Source of the DNA: an uncultured Methanotrichaceae archaeon
GTDB taxonomy: Archaea; Halobacteriota; Methanosarcinia; Methanotrichales; Methanotrichaceae
Length of the DNA: 64,000 bases
Direction of reading: 5' to 3'
NCBI GenBank assembly: GCA_964639235.1
Contig: CAZXDN010000006.1
Coordinates: 7,477 to 71,476, forward strand
Shown: positions 63,977 through 64,000 of the stretch, one piece after another
How the letters are laid out: each line of letters begins with the position of its first letter
How positions within the stretch are numbered: the first letter of the stretch is position 1
Translations under genes and position numbers: made by a program
The notes under the pieces: model-generated
The model's input: the letters and a program-made list of their open reading frames with translations, nothing else
Databases searched by the model: none
What the model was told of the DNA's origin: nothing

Positions 63977-64000
63977 TCAGACGCAGGGCACCCAGTCGAA
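63977..64000 (-). CDS. 3' end of a third copy of the small secreted paralogue family (truncated by the window edge)
   Basis: The reverse complement of 63977-64000 reads ...F D W V P C V stop, compared with ...TDWMPCV stop in copies 1 and 2. At the nucleotide level, TCAGACGCAGGGCACCCAGTC compares with TTAGACGCAGGGCATCCAGTC in copy 2. Confidence 0.4.
   Translation of the reverse strand, partial: FDWVPCV

Noticed and set aside
1-64000. A scan for rRNA, tRNA, CRISPR arrays, IS/transposase, integrase or prophage genes, and for in-frame TAG (pyrrolysine) genes.
   Set aside because: None were recognised by eye. No methylamine methyltransferase-like ORFs are interrupted by TAG. The absence of small RNAs cannot be proven without covariance-model searches.

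Overview
This looks like a densely coded archaeal chromosomal segment. I call about 60 protein genes. I found no rRNA, tRNA, CRISPR array, transposase or integrase by eye. The gene content suggests a methanogen of the Methanosarcinales, Methanotrichales or Methanocellales type, but that lineage call is inference only. The supporting genes are a geranylgeranyl reductase with an ATGA-coupled ferredoxin, a short archaeal-type TIM, an ATP-dependent DNA ligase, Tfx, a cupin-type PGI, a two-subunit class I fumarase, a CHASE4 hybrid kinase, and DUF1699/DUF166/DUF169/DUF434 proteins.

Housekeeping blocks:
- cbi(N)QO cobalt transporter plus a DUF4198 binding protein
- arsC, an NAD-dependent epimerase, yjbQ and a CDF transporter
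- thrC plus a MetE-like gene
- tpiA-acyP-fdx-GGR
- hisF/hisH and a GltB-like FMN protein
- CBS, Usp, an amidohydrolase and the riboflavin-pathway reductase
- cbiA-type amidase and fumarase alpha/beta
- cPGI and a UbiA prenyltransferase
- ACT-hom-lig-hisD

Accessory islands sit between these blocks:
1. 14.7-18.6 kb: a 1113-aa CHAT(caspase-like)-STAND NTPase-TPR protein, followed by a small Trypco2/CU044_2847-like ORF and preceded by 3x12-bp direct repeats. This is my top candidate for an uncharacterised NTP-dependent conflict or defence module.
2. 3.9-7.6 kb: a membrane-anchored protein in which two solute-binding domains flank roughly 100 pentapeptide repeats.
3. 10.9-12.4 kb: a triple H-type-lectin protein next to tfx.
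4. 36.6-40.0 kb: three secreted lamin-tail-domain (LTD) paralogues and an acidic, sequon-rich micro-protein, all sharing one promoter block.
5. 47.2-51.5 kb: an eRF1-like paralogue with GGQ replaced by GGMSQ, an octamer-built inverted repeat, and a leaderless-looking M36 fungalysin with two P-domains.
6. 60.1-64.0 kb: a papain-like protease with three DUF4114 repeats, embedded in an array of at least three small secreted paralogues plus a DUF45 metallopeptidase.

All family calls come from motif recognition by eye. No searches were run.
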